DNA from: Clostridia bacterium
GTDB taxonomy: Bacteria > Bacillota > Clostridia > Christensenellales > UBA1242
Direction of reading: 5' to 3'
Length of the DNA stretch: 64,000 bases
NCBI GenBank assembly: GCA_045538175.1
Contig: JAZSQZ010000101.1
Location: 119 to 64,118 of the forward strand
The number at the start of each line of letters is the position of its first letter. Positions within the stretch are counted from its first letter, which is position 1. The notes under the pieces are model-generated. The model was not told the origin of the DNA and searched no databases. It was given only the letters and a program-made list of their open reading frames with translations. A program made the translations under genes and the position numbers. Positions 29,808-41,455 of the stretch are shown here, one piece after another.

Positions 29808-30488
29808 ATGGCAGAAACAGAAATCACCGTACAAGTTTTTGAAGACCTAATGACAACTTGTAACAAATTAGAAAATTTAGGTTTTGAAAAAACTAGGAAA
29901 TTTGTAATTAAGGACTGGTATTTTTCAAAGTACAGCGACAAAGAGTTAAACAACTTAGGATATGGCAAGGCAATTTCGTCTTCTGTTTTGGTCAGAGAAA
30001 TAGTTGGCAAAAACAACGAGAAAGTCTTGTGTTATAAGGCAAAAATTATAGACGATGATGGCAACGTTGTAAGTGAAGAAAAAATCGCAACCGAAATTGA
30101 AGATGTTGATAAAACAATTTTGCTTTTAAATCTTGCCGGCCTTAATATGTGGGAAGAAGTAAAAAACAAAACAATTATATACAAAAAAGATAATATTGAG
30201 TTTGCTCTTCAAGATGTCGAAAACTTAGGTGTGTTTATCGAAATGGAAGAAAGTGACGAAATGAAAAGCCTAATAAATGAAGAAAAGTTTGCAAGGCTTA
30301 AAAGAATTGTTAAAAACTTCGGCTTAAAACTTGGTAAAGATTATTCTTGTAAAAAAGTTTATATGAAGTTTAAAAATCGTCTAAAACAAATGAGTGGCGA
30401 GCACGAATCTCTTCCATATGAAGTAAGGGCAAAACTTATAAAAGAAAATAAATGGCTTATGGATTTTTTAGATAACAAAAAAGAGTAG
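29808..30488 (+). CDS. CYTH domain protein
   Basis: ETEITV, DWYF, VRE, LGVFIEME. Confidence 0.75.
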   Translation: MAETEITVQVFEDLMTTCNKLENLGFEKTRKFVIKDWYFSKYSDKELNNLGYGKAISSSVLVREIVGKNNEKVLCYKAKIIDDDGNVVSEEKIATEIEDVDKTILLLNLAGLNMWEEVKNKTIIYKKDNIEFALQDVENLGVFIEMEESDEMKSLINEEKFARLKRIVKNFGLKLGKDYSCKKVYMKFKNRLKQMSGEHESLPYEVRAKLIKENKWLMDFLDNKKE

Positions 30489-30510
30489 AAATTTCTACTC
30501 TTTTATTTTT

Positions 30511-31110
30511 TTAAGCATACAAGGAAATCATACCGGTTACAAAAATTTCTGTGCCGATTAAGATTAAAATTATGCCACCAATTAGGTCTGTGTTTTTTGT
30601 AAACCCTGTGCCGAACTTTTTGCCAAGGGCAATTGCAAAATAACACAATCCCCAGGTGATAAGTCCAATAACGACAAATGCAATTATTGCATAAAGTAGG
30701 GTATAGTTTGCAATTGTAAGCCCAGCGCTTAAGGCGTCTATGCTTGTTGCAAGGGCTTGCATAATAATCGTTTTTGTTGGGATATTTTCTTGCGTTTCAA
30801 ATGTTTCAGGTTCTTTTCTTTTTTTGATATATCCTATTATCATCTTTATTCCAATGCCCCATAATAGTGCAAGGGAGATAAACGGAATAAAGTTTTCAAA
30901 AATAGAAAAACTTGTAACAATTGTATGTGCCAAAATCCAGCCGATAAAAGGCATTGTGGCTTGAAATATACCAAAGATTAGAGAAATACTCGCAGCCCTT
31001 TTCTTTGTCATTTCAGGCTCTTTAAATCCGTCTGTTAGGGATACCGAAATTGCGTCCATTGCAAGACCGATACCCAAAACTAAAATACTTACAAAAAAGT
31101 GAAAGTCCAT
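30511..31110 (-). CDS. mntP: Manganese efflux pump MntP family
   Basis: LAMDA, FQATMP, ATSIDAL. Confidence 0.9.
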   Translation of the reverse strand: MDFHFFVSILVLGIGLAMDAISVSLTDGFKEPEMTKKRAASISLIFGIFQATMPFIGWILAHTIVTSFSIFENFIPFISLALLWGIGIKMIIGYIKKRKEPETFETQENIPTKTIIMQALATSIDALSAGLTIANYTLLYAIIAFVVIGLITWGLCYFAIALGKKFGTGFTKNTDLIGGIILILIGTEIFVTGMISLYA

Positions 31111-31152
31111 AAACCTGTCCTATAAAATAATTATTTAGAATTTTTAAAAACT

Positions 31153-31767
31153 CTAATTTTGATTTTCTTGTTTTAATCTTTTCTTGCGTGGTTTTTTAAT
31201 TCTTGAAGTTAGGTATATTGCAAGTTGAATAGGAACACCTATTAAAAATATCTCCCACATATTGTATGAAAGAAATTCTAGATACAAACTTGCAAGTGTT
31301 GTCCAAATAAAAAGCGAAATATAAACATAAGTCATTTTTGCCTTGCCCCAGATGGAGTTGAAAATGATTGCAAGTATAAAACTTATAGGTACAGCCCAAA
31401 CAAAAAATCTCCACTCAACAGTGCCTAAAATAATTTTAAATTGAGAAAAACAAATTGTTGCAAAAACCCAAACAGAAACAATTGCAAGAAGGGCAATCGC
31501 ATATCTGTTTATGACTTGTTTTTTTTCTCTAACTTCAGGCTCTGCAATTTCTTCGTGTTCTTCTTCGGTTAAAAAGTCTAGTGTAACACCATAAAAATCT
31601 GCAAGATTTTTTAGAATATCGATTGCAGGCATTGCTTCGCCTTTTTCCCATTTAGAAATTGATTTGTCCGAATAATTAAATTGTTCTGCAAGTTGAAGTT
31701 GGGTAAGACCCTTCTTTTTTCTTAGCGCCATCAAATTTTTTCCGATAATAATATTTAAATCACTCAT
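31153..31767 (-). CDS. XRE-family HTH regulator with C-terminal TM helices
   Basis: LTQLQLAEQFNYSDKSISKWEKG plus four hydrophobic helices. Confidence 0.88.
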   Translation of the reverse strand: MSDLNIIIGKNLMALRKKKGLTQLQLAEQFNYSDKSISKWEKGEAMPAIDILKNLADFYGVTLDFLTEEEHEEIAEPEVREKKQVINRYAIALLAIVSVWVFATICFSQFKIILGTVEWRFFVWAVPISFILAIIFNSIWGKAKMTYVYISLFIWTTLASLYLEFLSYNMWEIFLIGVPIQLAIYLTSRIKKPRKKRLKQENQN

Positions 31768-31972
31768 ACCGTTATTATATATCACAAAATTTTAAATTTC
31801 AAGCAATTTCGGTCGATATTCGCTAGAAAAATAAAGGAATTCTACTTTTATGAGAGTGGTAGAATTTAAAATTCTAATGCTCGAGAATTATCTTTCTAGT
31901 TTAATTTTTCATATTCTCTTAACCTTAAGCCTATTCTATAGTTATAATGCTTGTGTTTAAAGGGAGATTACT

Positions 31973-32980
31973 ATGAAAAAACAAATTATACCAATATTCT
32001 TTTCAACAGATGACAATTATATTCCTATGCTTGATGTTGCACTTACATCTTTAATTGAAAATGCATCAAAAGATTATAAGTATGTTATAAACATTTTAAA
32101 CACAGGTCTAAAACAAGAAAATATAGATAAGGTTTTATCTCATAATGTTAAAAACTTTAAGATTATCTTTAGGGATATTGCTGAAGATGTAAAACCTATT
32201 AAAGAAAAACTCAAAAATCTTTATCACTTTTCAATTGCTTGTTATTATAGATTATTTATACAAGAATTGTTTCCAGAATATGACAAGGCAATTTATCTAG
32301 ACTGTGATATCACGGTTTTAGGGGATATTTCAAAACTATATTCAATTCGTATGGGTAAAAATTTGATTGCAGGGGTTAAGTGCTCAATCATAGGTGGCAA
32401 TCCTTTGTTTTCTAAGTATGTTGAAGAAAGCACAGGCAGAAGTGCAAAGATGTATATAAATTCTGGAATTTTGCTTATGAATCTAAAAGAAATAAGAAAA
32501 GCAAAAATTCAACAACAATTTATGTATCTTACTGATAAATACAATTTTGACATTGTTGACCCAGATCAAGTTTTCTTAAACTTTTTATGTAGAGATAAAA
32601 TTAAATACCTAGAAAACGGTTGGAATAAACAATCAATACCTGAGCCTGTTAAAGGAAAATTAAACATTGCACACTTTGCCTTATACAAAAAACCTTGGCA
32701 ATTTGATGATGTTATAAATGGCGAGTACTTTTGGGATTATGCAAAAAAATCAAACTTTTATAAAGAACTTATCGAGATTAGGGCATCTTTTGACGAAGAA
32801 AAGATTCTTGCAAAAGAAAAGGCAAATCAAGAACTTGCAAGACATGTTACAAGGGTTATTGAAGGCACAAATAATACTTTCAAAAGAGTCCTTTTAGATA
32901 AGAATATCGATTGGGTAAAAGATATGTCAGGGGTTGACATTGTTTGCCCATTGCTACACAAATTTAAAATGGAAGTATAG
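31973..32980 (+). CDS. Glycosyltransferase family 8
   Basis: YLDCD, YINSG, DQ, HFALYKKPW. Confidence 0.9.
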   Translation: MKKQIIPIFFSTDDNYIPMLDVALTSLIENASKDYKYVINILNTGLKQENIDKVLSHNVKNFKIIFRDIAEDVKPIKEKLKNLYHFSIACYYRLFIQELFPEYDKAIYLDCDITVLGDISKLYSIRMGKNLIAGVKCSIIGGNPLFSKYVEESTGRSAKMYINSGILLMNLKEIRKAKIQQQFMYLTDKYNFDIVDPDQVFLNFLCRDKIKYLENGWNKQSIPEPVKGKLNIAHFALYKKPWQFDDVINGEYFWDYAKKSNFYKELIEIRASFDEEKILAKEKANQELARHVTRVIEGTNNTFKRVLLDKNIDWVKDMSGVDIVCPLLHKFKMEV

Positions 32981-32985
32981 TACAA

Positions 32986-33837
32986 ATGGATATTAAGGAA
33001 TATCGTTTAAAAGTTCAACAAAAAATTGAGCAGTTTGAAATCGAAGAAAAATGGGATCAAGATGTTGAAGATGACCCTACTTCAAAGATGCTTATGCCAA
33101 ACGATGTTGACTATTTAAACAAAAAGTTTTCAAGCAAAATCAAAACTCGTTTTGCAAATCATATGGCACAAACTTTTTTTGAAAAGTTAATTAAGAAAAA
33201 TCAATTTATCATAAAAGAAGTAAAAGGCATTGAAAATTTTTTAGCTGTAAGGGATAGGGGTGTTATAATTACATCAAACCACTTTAGTCCCGGCGAAAAC
33301 TATGCTGTATGGCGTGCAATAAGAAAACAAATGCAAGAAGATAAACGCCCTTTATATAGGGTTATAAAAGAAGGTAATTACACAAACCCACCAAAACCTT
33401 TTGGGCTTTTTATGAGACACTGTAACACTTTGCCACTTAGTTCGAATATGGACACAATGAAAAACTTTATGAAGGCACTTTCAACCCTACTTTTAAGGGG
33501 AGAGAAAATTCTTATTTATCCAGAGCAGGCTATGTGGTGGAATTACAAAAAACCAAGACCCCTAAAACCTGGGGCATTTAGGTTTGCCGTAAAAAACAAA
33601 GCACCGGTTCTTCCTTTCTTTATTACAATGGAAGATAGCAAGTACAAAGACGAAAATGGCGAGCCCGTACAGGCATACACAGTGCATATCTTAAAACCAC
33701 TTTTTGTTGACGAAAAGTTGAGTGATAAGGAAAACATTGAAAATATGAAAAACAAAAACTATGAGATGTGGAAGGAAGTTTACGAAAACACTTATAAAAT
33801 TCCTTTAACATATAAAACAAAAAAAGAGAGTGAGTGA
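32986..33837 (+). CDS. PlsC-like lysophospholipid acyltransferase
   Basis: NHFS, IYPE, KPGAF. Confidence 0.8.
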   Translation: MDIKEYRLKVQQKIEQFEIEEKWDQDVEDDPTSKMLMPNDVDYLNKKFSSKIKTRFANHMAQTFFEKLIKKNQFIIKEVKGIENFLAVRDRGVIITSNHFSPGENYAVWRAIRKQMQEDKRPLYRVIKEGNYTNPPKPFGLFMRHCNTLPLSSNMDTMKNFMKALSTLLLRGEKILIYPEQAMWWNYKKPRPLKPGAFRFAVKNKAPVLPFFITMEDSKYKDENGEPVQAYTVHILKPLFVDEKLSDKENIENMKNKNYEMWKEVYENTYKIPLTYKTKKESE

Positions 33838-34301
33838 TGTTATTTTATTTGGTTATAACTTTAATTGTTGATGCTGTTTTTATAGGCATAAATCTTGCAA
33901 TAAACCACCTTGTTTATAATTTGTCGGCAAGTTATATTATTCTTGCTGTTTTGTGTGGCACGATTATTGTGTTTTTGATTGACTTTGTAATTTTTGGAAT
34001 TATTTATATTTTGCCAAACAAGTGGTTTAAGGGCGACCTTGATTTTTATAAGGCAAACGAGCATCAAAAAATGGCTTATCAAAAATTAGGCGTTAAGAAA
34101 AAAGATTGGGTTTCTATGGGCGAAGGAATTTTGACGCTTAAGAAAAAGGCTTTCTGGGCACACATATTTGCAACAGTGCTAGGGTTTTCAATCATTGCAA
34201 TTTTCCCTATTGACTATTGGTTTATATTCTCAGTGCCGATTGGACTTATGAATTTTGTTTTAAACGGAATTCCTATTATCGCAATAAGATACAATTTTTA
34301 A
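33834..34301 (+). CDS. Membrane protein, CrtO-like acyltransferase family
   Basis: YQKLGVKKKDW, H, NxxPIIAIRYN resemble CrtO-type proteins; may be shortened. Confidence 0.45.
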   Translation: MMLFYLVITLIVDAVFIGINLAINHLVYNLSASYIILAVLCGTIIVFLIDFVIFGIIYILPNKWFKGDLDFYKANEHQKMAYQKLGVKKKDWVSMGEGILTLKKKAFWAHIFATVLGFSIIAIFPIDYWFIFSVPIGLMNFVLNGIPIIAIRYNF

Positions 34302-34385
34302 ACAGCAAGAATTTTCTTGTTGTTTTTTATTTTAAATGCTTGTTGGTTATTTGTTTAAATGTTAAAATATGTTTAGGAGTATAGT

Positions 34386-34916
34386 ATGAAAACTCAAGAC
34401 AAACTTATTATAAGAAGACCAACCCTAGACGATAAGGAACAAGTTTTAGGCTTGGTTAAAGAATTTAGAGAGTATGATAGCGTTATAAATGGTCACGGAA
34501 GCATTGATAAGTGTGCAAGTTACGAAGAATGGCTTGATAAACTTGCAATCTATGAAAACAAAGAAACTTTGCCTGAAGGTCGTGTGCTTTCAACACAATA
34601 TATTACAGTAAGAGAAAGTGACAACAAAGTTGTTGGCCTTATAAATGCAAGATGGTATCTAAATGATTTTTTGATGTTTCACGGAGGTCACATAGGGGAT
34701 AGCATAAGACCTCTTGAGAGAAACAAAGGTTATGCAACCGAGCAAATAAGGCTTGTTTTAGAAGAGTTTAGAAAAAGGGGCGAAAAGAAAGTTTTAATCA
34801 CTTGTAAAAAACAAAATATCGCAAGCGCAAGGACCATTGAGAAAAATGGTGGAGTGTTTGAAAACGAAGTTGTGTTTGAAGGTGAAGTTTATAAAAGATA
34901 CTGGATAACTATTTAA
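34386..34916 (+). CDS. GNAT family N-acetyltransferase
   Basis: GGHIGDSIRPLERNKGYA, NIASARTIEKNGG. Confidence 0.9.
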   Translation: MKTQDKLIIRRPTLDDKEQVLGLVKEFREYDSVINGHGSIDKCASYEEWLDKLAIYENKETLPEGRVLSTQYITVRESDNKVVGLINARWYLNDFLMFHGGHIGDSIRPLERNKGYATEQIRLVLEEFRKRGEKKVLITCKKQNIASARTIEKNGGVFENEVVFEGEVYKRYWITI

Positions 34917-35046
34917 AAGCATAGAAAAAATCTATGCTTTTTATTATGTTTTTTTGTATAATATGTAGAAATTATAAGTTGCATATTGAATAAATGGTGT
35001 ATTTGTGTTAATCTCTAATTAGAAGAGTATTGGGTTAAGGGGAAAT

Positions 35047-36411
35047 ATGAAAAAGAGCTCAAAATCAAAGAGGGATAGACAAAATGATAAACCTCTTGTT
35101 AAGAAAAAGATTGAAAGTCTTGTAGATTTTCATACACATTCAATTGGCTCTAATGATGGTTATTATAGGATTGAAAAACTTATAAAAGCTGCAAAGGCAA
35201 ACCATCTTTCTTATCTTGCCGTCACAGACCATAATAGCAATCAAGAAATTTTAACATATTTAGAAAGTGCTAATTTTAACCCAAGCACAAGAGTTTATTA
35301 TGATGTAAAAGGTATTAAAGTTTTACCTGCAGTTGAAGTGACCGCTAGACTTTTTTCTGTTTTAAACCAAAAAGGTAATTCTTCAAAATTTCACTTTTTA
35401 GTATATGGTTTTGATCAAAGGCCTGAAAGTCCAATGATGAGGCTTTTGAACATTAAAAGAGAAAATGACTTACAAGTTGACTTTATGTATTTAAGGCATT
35501 TTAGTAAACTTACAGGCTTTGAAATCAATCAAGAATTTTTAAGAGAATATATAATTGATCGTAGAAAAGAAGATCATAGTTATCAAACATTAAGCAAGGA
35601 AGATAGTATTTTCTTTTTAAATAAGTATTATAACGGTATACTTAAAACCAACAAGCAACTTGAAGAATTGTTTGGCTTTTGTCCATATATAGAAAGAATA
35701 AATATTGATTGTAAAGACTTAATTAAAATTGCCCATGCATCTGGTGGAGTTGTCATGGTTGCCCATCCAAATAAAAACCTTGCAAGAACACAAAATCCAA
35801 TGGCAGCTATTACAGAGTTGATTGAAGCTGGGGTTGATGGCTTTGAACTTGCAAAAGGGAAATTTGATGGAATAAACTATGTAAGAGATATTGTAAAATA
35901 TTGGCTCAATGATCAAAGTGATAAAAAACTTATGTTCTGTTCAGGAAGCGACTTACATATAAAATCTGGTTCTCAAAATCTTGGCATGGCAAACGGGAAA
36001 CCAATAACAGAAAGGGACAATGCAGAGTTTATATGTCTTCTTGAACAAATGCAACAGGAAAGAATAATAGAAGGTTTTCCACCTGTGGAAAGTTATCAAA
36101 CAGAAGAAATTGAAGGGTTGCTTAGGAAATATACTGTAGAAAAAGTTGATTATCTAAAACAGGTTGAAGAAATGTATAATAAGAATAATGAAAAGTATGT
36201 TGACTTTAATAATTGGAGAATTCAACAAGGCCTTCCGGTTGCAAAAGAGATACTTCCATTTGGTGAGGTTTTAGATAGATTGCGAGGTGCTTCCACAAAA
36301 GAAGGTGGACAGACAGATGAAGAAGATGAAATTGTTGTTTTAACAGAAGAAACAGATGAAATTTCAAGTCCTTCTTTTAGATCGGAAGACTTGGCACCTG
36401 AACAAAACTAA
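35047..36411 (+). CDS. PHP-domain metal-dependent phosphoesterase with acidic tail
   Basis: DFHTHS..DG, TDH, VE, AHP, GSDLH. Confidence 0.85.
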   Translation: MKKSSKSKRDRQNDKPLVKKKIESLVDFHTHSIGSNDGYYRIEKLIKAAKANHLSYLAVTDHNSNQEILTYLESANFNPSTRVYYDVKGIKVLPAVEVTARLFSVLNQKGNSSKFHFLVYGFDQRPESPMMRLLNIKRENDLQVDFMYLRHFSKLTGFEINQEFLREYIIDRRKEDHSYQTLSKEDSIFFLNKYYNGILKTNKQLEELFGFCPYIERINIDCKDLIKIAHASGGVVMVAHPNKNLARTQNPMAAITELIEAGVDGFELAKGKFDGINYVRDIVKYWLNDQSDKKLMFCSGSDLHIKSGSQNLGMANGKPITERDNAEFICLLEQMQQERIIEGFPPVESYQTEEIEGLLRKYTVEKVDYLKQVEEMYNKNNEKYVDFNNWRIQQGLPVAKEILPFGEVLDRLRGASTKEGGQTDEEDEIVVLTEETDEISSPSFRSEDLAPEQN

Positions 36412-36424
36412 TCATATATTTTTA

Positions 36425-36459
36425 TAAAAAAAGTATAGAAAGATTTCTATACTTTTTTT
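36425..36459. terminator. Bidirectional intrinsic terminator
   Basis: aaaaaaagtatagaaa / tttctatacttttttt between convergent genes. Confidence 0.75.
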
Positions 36460-36474
36460 GTATATGTATTAAAA

Positions 36475-39243
36475 TTAGTTTTCTCTAAGTGCTATAACAG
36501 GGTCTTTCTTGGCTGCTGCTTTTGCAGGAATAAGTCCTGCGATAAATGTTAAGATTACACTTATAACTATAAGTATAATTGAACCAAGAATTGGTAAGTT
36601 TGCAATTCCCCAAATGCCTGTAAAGTGTTTAAGCAAAATATTTATAGGTATTGTAAGTAGGAAGGAAACTGCAATTCCTAAAACACCACTTGCAAGACCG
36701 ATGATGAAACTTTCTGCTGTAAACACGCGCTTTACGTCTTTTTTAGAAGCACCAACACTTCTTAAAACGCCAATTTCTTTTGTTCTTTCAATTACAGAGA
36801 TATAAGTGATAATTCCTATCATTATTGAACTTACAATTAAAGATACAGAAACAAATGCAACAAGAACATATGTGATTGATGTTATAATTGTTGAAACTGT
36901 GCCCATAATGATGCCTACCATATCGGTATATGAAATTTCATCACCTTGCTCAGCAGTTTCGTTGTATGCTGAGATAAAGTCAACAACTGCTTCTTTTGAT
37001 TCGAAAGAGTTTACATAGATTTTGATAGAATCTGGTCTTTTTGTATCAACATCTTCAAGTACGCCATTTGTTGAAACTGCTTTGTCGCTATAAGAGTTTA
37101 CCATTTGTGCTGTAAATGAAGGAAGATAAACAACACCTGATTTGATTGAGCCATTGTCGGTAAGTTCGTTTGGTCTTAAAATCCCAACAATAGTGATTTC
37201 GTTTGTTGTTTCGTTTAATGCTTTTGCATATTCTGTTAAGTAAATATTATAGTTGTTTAATTGTATAGGAGTGTAGTCTGCCATTTTTGTTGGGTCAAAA
37301 TTCTTTATTTCTAATGTCCTTATATCAATTATGTCGCCATCAGTAAATCCGTCAACACCCAAAACACCTGTGACTGCCCTGTAATAATCGTGTTCGGCTA
37401 AAACCTTATATTTCTTTTTGCCGATAACATCACTAAAGTCAATTGCAACAGGATCTTTTTGTTCGTATACTAAAGCATTTAAACTTTGTGATAATTGTTC
37501 GCTACTTAAAATTCCAAGTGAGTATAGGTTAAAGTCGGTTATCTCATTGTTTTTATCAAGAACAAGCATTGCTTCATTTGCCTTTGTTGCAAATGTGCCA
37601 CCAACAAGGTCATATTGACTTTTGATAAAGTCGGTGTTGTCTAAAACTTCGCTAAAGATTTGTGCGCCCATAGACATCATAGAATTTGAACTGCTACCAC
37701 TTCCACCACCCATCATTGATTGCATATCGCTTGTTTCAAAACCTAAAATTTCAAAAACAAAACTTATAATTTCGCCTTGGTTTAAGGTAACTTCGTTGTA
37801 TGCTTTAAGGTCGTCGATGATATGCTCAATAGTTTCAAAATCTTCCATTGAAGCAAAGTTAGAGTTTTCATCACCCTTCATTTTCCAACTGCCGTCTTCA
37901 AAGTTTTCGGTAACTTGAATTTTGGTTTCTTTTCCAAAGTAGATAAGTGCATATTTTGTTATCATATCCATAATTGAAGTTGAGCCAACTTTTGATGGAT
38001 AGTTTGGATTTTCTTGTTCTCCATAAAATTCCATACCGATGTCATATGTGTATTGAATTGCGCTTATTTCGTCTTCAATCTCCGATTTGTTTGCTTCGAT
38101 GTATTCTTTGAACTTTTCAAGGTTGTTTGGTTTTAAGTTTGTGCCAACAGAATTCATCATCTTAGAGATTGTTTTGTTTGAATAAATTTTTCCGTCTTCG
38201 TTGTTTTTGTCAACTTTGTTTTCATCTTGAACAAACATTTGTAGCATCATAGATGTAAAGTCAATGTTTTTTGCTTCAATTGTTATAGGGTAAGAAGACA
38301 AGGAATCTTCTTGCATACGATTTATGTAAACCGAAAAACCACTTGATATTGCTAAAATCAATGCAATACCTATAATACCGATTGAACCTGCGATTGAAAC
38401 AAGAATTGTTCTTGCTTTCTTTGTAAGCAAGTTTTTAAAACTAAGGGACAAAGCAGTCCAGAAAGACATTCTGTTTTTCTTTGCTTTTTTCTTTAGTTCT
38501 GTTTTGTTTAGTTCGCCATCATCACTTACGCTTAAAAGTTTTTTCTCTTTCTTTTTTTCTTCTTCTTTATAGGGGTTATTATCATCGATAATTTCGCCAT
38601 CTAAAAGTTTTATAATTCTGTTTGAATAAGTTTCGGCAAGTTCTGGATTATGGGTAACCATTATTATGAGTTTATCTTTTGAAATCTCTTTTAAAAGTTC
38701 CATAATTTGAACAGAAGTTGTAGAGTCAAGTGCACCTGTTGGTTCGTCAGCCAAGATAATTTCTGGGTCGTTTACAAGGGCACGTGCTATTGCAACCCTT
38801 TGCATTTGTCCACCTGAAAGTTGACTTGGCTTGTTGCTTATTTTATCCCCCAAACCAACACGAATTAAAACATCGGTTGCTCTCTTTTTTCTTTCTTGCT
38901 TTGATACTCCTGAAAGGGTAAGGGCAAGTTCGACATTTTCTAAAACTGTTTGATGTGGAATTAGGTTGTAACTTTGAAAAACAAAACCAATTGAGTGGTT
39001 TCTGTATGTATCCCAATCTTTGTCTTTATATTCTTTTGTTGATTTTTCGTTTATGACAAGGTCGCCAGATGTGTACCTATCAAGACCACCAACAATGTTC
39101 AAAAGTGTAGTTTTACCACAACCACTAGGACCTAAAATTGATACAAATTCGCTTTTTCTAAATTCAACGGAAATTCCGTTTAGCGCATTTACTTTTTGGT
39201 CGCCAAGTTCGTAAATCTTTTTTATGTTTTCTAGTCTAAGCAT
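36475..39243 (-). CDS. Fused ABC ATPase/permease (MacB/FtsX type)
   Basis: [35 protein letters not shown]. Confidence 0.93.
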   Translation of the reverse strand: MLRLENIKKIYELGDQKVNALNGISVEFRKSEFVSILGPSGCGKTTLLNIVGGLDRYTSGDLVINEKSTKEYKDKDWDTYRNHSIGFVFQSYNLIPHQTVLENVELALTLSGVSKQERKKRATDVLIRVGLGDKISNKPSQLSGGQMQRVAIARALVNDPEIILADEPTGALDSTTSVQIMELLKEISKDKLIIMVTHNPELAETYSNRIIKLLDGEIIDDNNPYKEEEKKKEKKLLSVSDDGELNKTELKKKAKKNRMSFWTALSLSFKNLLTKKARTILVSIAGSIGIIGIALILAISSGFSVYINRMQEDSLSSYPITIEAKNIDFTSMMLQMFVQDENKVDKNNEDGKIYSNKTISKMMNSVGTNLKPNNLEKFKEYIEANKSEIEDEISAIQYTYDIGMEFYGEQENPNYPSKVGSTSIMDMITKYALIYFGKETKIQVTENFEDGSWKMKGDENSNFASMEDFETIEHIIDDLKAYNEVTLNQGEIISFVFEILGFETSDMQSMMGGGSGSSSNSMMSMGAQIFSEVLDNTDFIKSQYDLVGGTFATKANEAMLVLDKNNEITDFNLYSLGILSSEQLSQSLNALVYEQKDPVAIDFSDVIGKKKYKVLAEHDYYRAVTGVLGVDGFTDGDIIDIRTLEIKNFDPTKMADYTPIQLNNYNIYLTEYAKALNETTNEITIVGILRPNELTDNGSIKSGVVYLPSFTAQMVNSYSDKAVSTNGVLEDVDTKRPDSIKIYVNSFESKEAVVDFISAYNETAEQGDEISYTDMVGIIMGTVSTIITSITYVLVAFVSVSLIVSSIMIGIITYISVIERTKEIGVLRSVGASKKDVKRVFTAESFIIGLASGVLGIAVSFLLTIPINILLKHFTGIWGIANLPILGSIILIVISVILTFIAGLIPAKAAAKKDPVIALREN

Positions 39244-39246
39244 TTG

Positions 39247-39666
39247 TTACCCCTTTTTTAAGTTTTTTTCAAAAAGGACGATAAGTTGTTCTTTTTCGTC
39301 GTCGTCTAAATCACTAAAGTATTTTGTTTTTAACTCTTTTGTAAGTTTTGTGATTTTGTTTAAAATTTCTCTTCCTTTATTACTTATAGAAATAAAGATT
39401 TCTTTTTTGTTGCCGTCTTTTGCGCCCCTTTCAATAAAACCTTCTTGCTCCATTTCGTTTACAAGTCTGCTTGTTGCAGGTTTATCGATACCACAAATTT
39501 CGCCAAGATTTGTTTGGTTTATTGGTTTTTTCTCAATACCAAGTTTTAGTAGAACTTTATAATAGTTCCTTTTGATATTAAGTTTTTGAGCAATCTCTTT
39601 TTGCAAGCAAAAAAACCTGTTTGCTGTGTCTTTAAGTAACTCTAAAATTTTATCATCTAGATTCAT
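39247..39666 (-). CDS. MarR family regulator
   Basis: NQTNLGEICGIDKPATSRLVNEMEQEGFIER. Confidence 0.88.
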   Translation of the reverse strand: MNLDDKILELLKDTANRFFCLQKEIAQKLNIKRNYYKVLLKLGIEKKPINQTNLGEICGIDKPATSRLVNEMEQEGFIERGAKDGNKKEIFISISNKGREILNKITKLTKELKTKYFSDLDDDEKEQLIVLFEKNLKKG

Positions 39667-39776
39667 TTTTTATTTCCTTTTGTTGTAAAACACAACAATT
39701 TTATATCAAAAATATGTTGTTGTCAATGCTTTTTATATATATGCGAAAAATAAAAAAAGCAACATAAAAGTTGCTT

Positions 39777-40112
39777 TTAAATTATATAGAAAAGAAGTAT
39801 CGCAACAAGTGCTAATATTACAAAAACTAAAGGTAAAAATGAAAACAAAGATTCTGTAATTTTTAGTTTTGTTTGATTTTGTAAGGCAAGTTTTTTTGCT
39901 TTTACAAACATAACTATAAGAACTATTGCAAAGATTAAAAACACAAGTGTTAAAAAGAAGAAAAAAGGAAGCAACACAATAAGGCCTAGGGCAGATAAGT
40001 CGCCAATAAACTTTAGCCTAAAAACATCATAGGCAATCCATACTGCAAACAAAAATCCTATGCTTGCGATAACATTTAAAATAATTAAAGTTGTTTTTTG
40101 TCTTTTATTCAT
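39777..40112 (-). CDS. Small three-TM membrane protein
   Basis: Three hydrophobic helices. Confidence 0.65.
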   Translation of the reverse strand: MNKRQKTTLIILNVIASIGFLFAVWIAYDVFRLKFIGDLSALGLIVLLPFFFFLTLVFLIFAIVLIVMFVKAKKLALQNQTKLKITESLFSFLPLVFVILALVAILLFYII

Positions 40113-40228
40113 ACTTTAAGTATATATTATTAAACAAAATTTAGAAAATAAATTTATATAAAAACAAAATTTTTTGTTTAACTTGTACATAAAAAAATGA
40201 ACATTATTTCTAATGTTCATTTTGATTT

Positions 40229-41455
40229 TTAGTTTTGGTCTTGACCACCAAAGTCGTTTAGGTATTCAAGTTGGTCGTCTTCGTTTTCAACAAAAACTGC
40301 GCCACTGTGTTCTTCGCCCATTGATGTTTCGTAAGTTATATCTCCATGGATATCTGTTACTTCAAAGACAGGTGTACCTTCAATGTTAAGCCCTATCATT
40401 TTCTTTATAGGGAACATTGATTTTTCAAGCTCTTTCATTTCTTTTGCTGACATAGTTTGTTTTGCACCTAATTGTTCGTCTGTTTCAAGGGTGTCCATTG
40501 GGTCAGTGCCTTTAACAAATGGTACAACAGTTGGTTCTGGCCCTTTTGCTTTTAGTAGTTCTGCTTCTCTTCTTTCTGCTTCTAGCATCGCTGCAGCTTC
40601 TTCTAAAGTCATTTGTCTAGGGGCAGGGGTTTCACGGCGAGCTTCGTGTGCAAGTCTGCTCATTTCCATTTGGCTTCTATAACCGTGTTTTGCACTTGGG
40701 CTGTATCTTGCTGCTGTACCTGCAGGGATTTCTGGTCGAATGTACCTAGCACCCGTTTGTGTATGAGTTGCATTTCTTTGTTCGTAATATGCAGAGCCTT
40801 GTTCTCTTGCGACAAAGTATCTTTGAATAACATCTGTTGAATGCTTGCCGAGGGCAACACCATTTATTGATTGTTGGGTTGAACCACAGAAGTGTTGTGT
40901 AAGTTGACCGATAACATCAACCCTTATGTCTGGGTTTGTTACGTCAATTTTTGCTTTTCTATCTGCTTCAACTCTTTGTGGCTTTCCATAAAATTGTACT
41001 CTGCCATCAAAAGTCCTTATAAAACCTGTATGATCAATTGTTGATATGATTTTATCTTTATCAAGGTTTTTGATTTGTCTAAGTTGTGAAATAATTTTGT
41101 TTTGATATGTAAACAAAACAAACAAATCTTTGACAGACAATTGGTCAAGCCAATTTTTGCCACTAGATTTTAAATCAAAGTATCTTGCTTGTTGTGTGCC
41201 ATAATCATATTGAGTGTATTTATCAATATCAAGAAAGTTTGTTGCGATTGCTGTGTAAATTTCAGAAACGCCACTTGATATAATTTTTGCTTTTTCGATT
41301 TCTGCGACTTTTGGAGATAAACCGTTCCTTTGAATATATCCGTTGATATATCCACGAACGGAACTTGCGTATATTTTCTTAAAGTAGGTATTGTTTTCTC
41401 CAACGAGTTGTCGCATTACCTGCCATATTTGTAAATTTGTATATTGTTCTCCCAT
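40229..41455 (-). CDS. Orphan hypothetical protein with acidic C-terminus
   Basis: 408-aa ORF with its own promoter and terminator; no recognisable domain. Confidence 0.7.
   Translation of the reverse strand: MGEQYTNLQIWQVMRQLVGENNTYFKKIYASSVRGYINGYIQRNGLSPKVAEIEKAKIISSGVSEIYTAIATNFLDIDKYTQYDYGTQQARYFDLKSSGKNWLDQLSVKDLFVLFTYQNKIISQLRQIKNLDKDKIISTIDHTGFIRTFDGRVQFYGKPQRVEADRKAKIDVTNPDIRVDVIGQLTQHFCGSTQQSINGVALGKHSTDVIQRYFVAREQGSAYYEQRNATHTQTGARYIRPEIPAGTAARYSPSAKHGYRSQMEMSRLAHEARRETPAPRQMTLEEAAAMLEAERREAELLKAKGPEPTVVPFVKGTDPMDTLETDEQLGAKQTMSAKEMKELEKSMFPIKKMIGLNIEGTPVFEVTDIHGDITYETSMGEEHSGAVFVENEDDQLEYLNDFGGQDQN

Noticed and set aside
31111-31152. yybP-ykoY manganese riboswitch upstream of mntP
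   Set aside because: The intergenic gap is only 42 nt and lacks the motif
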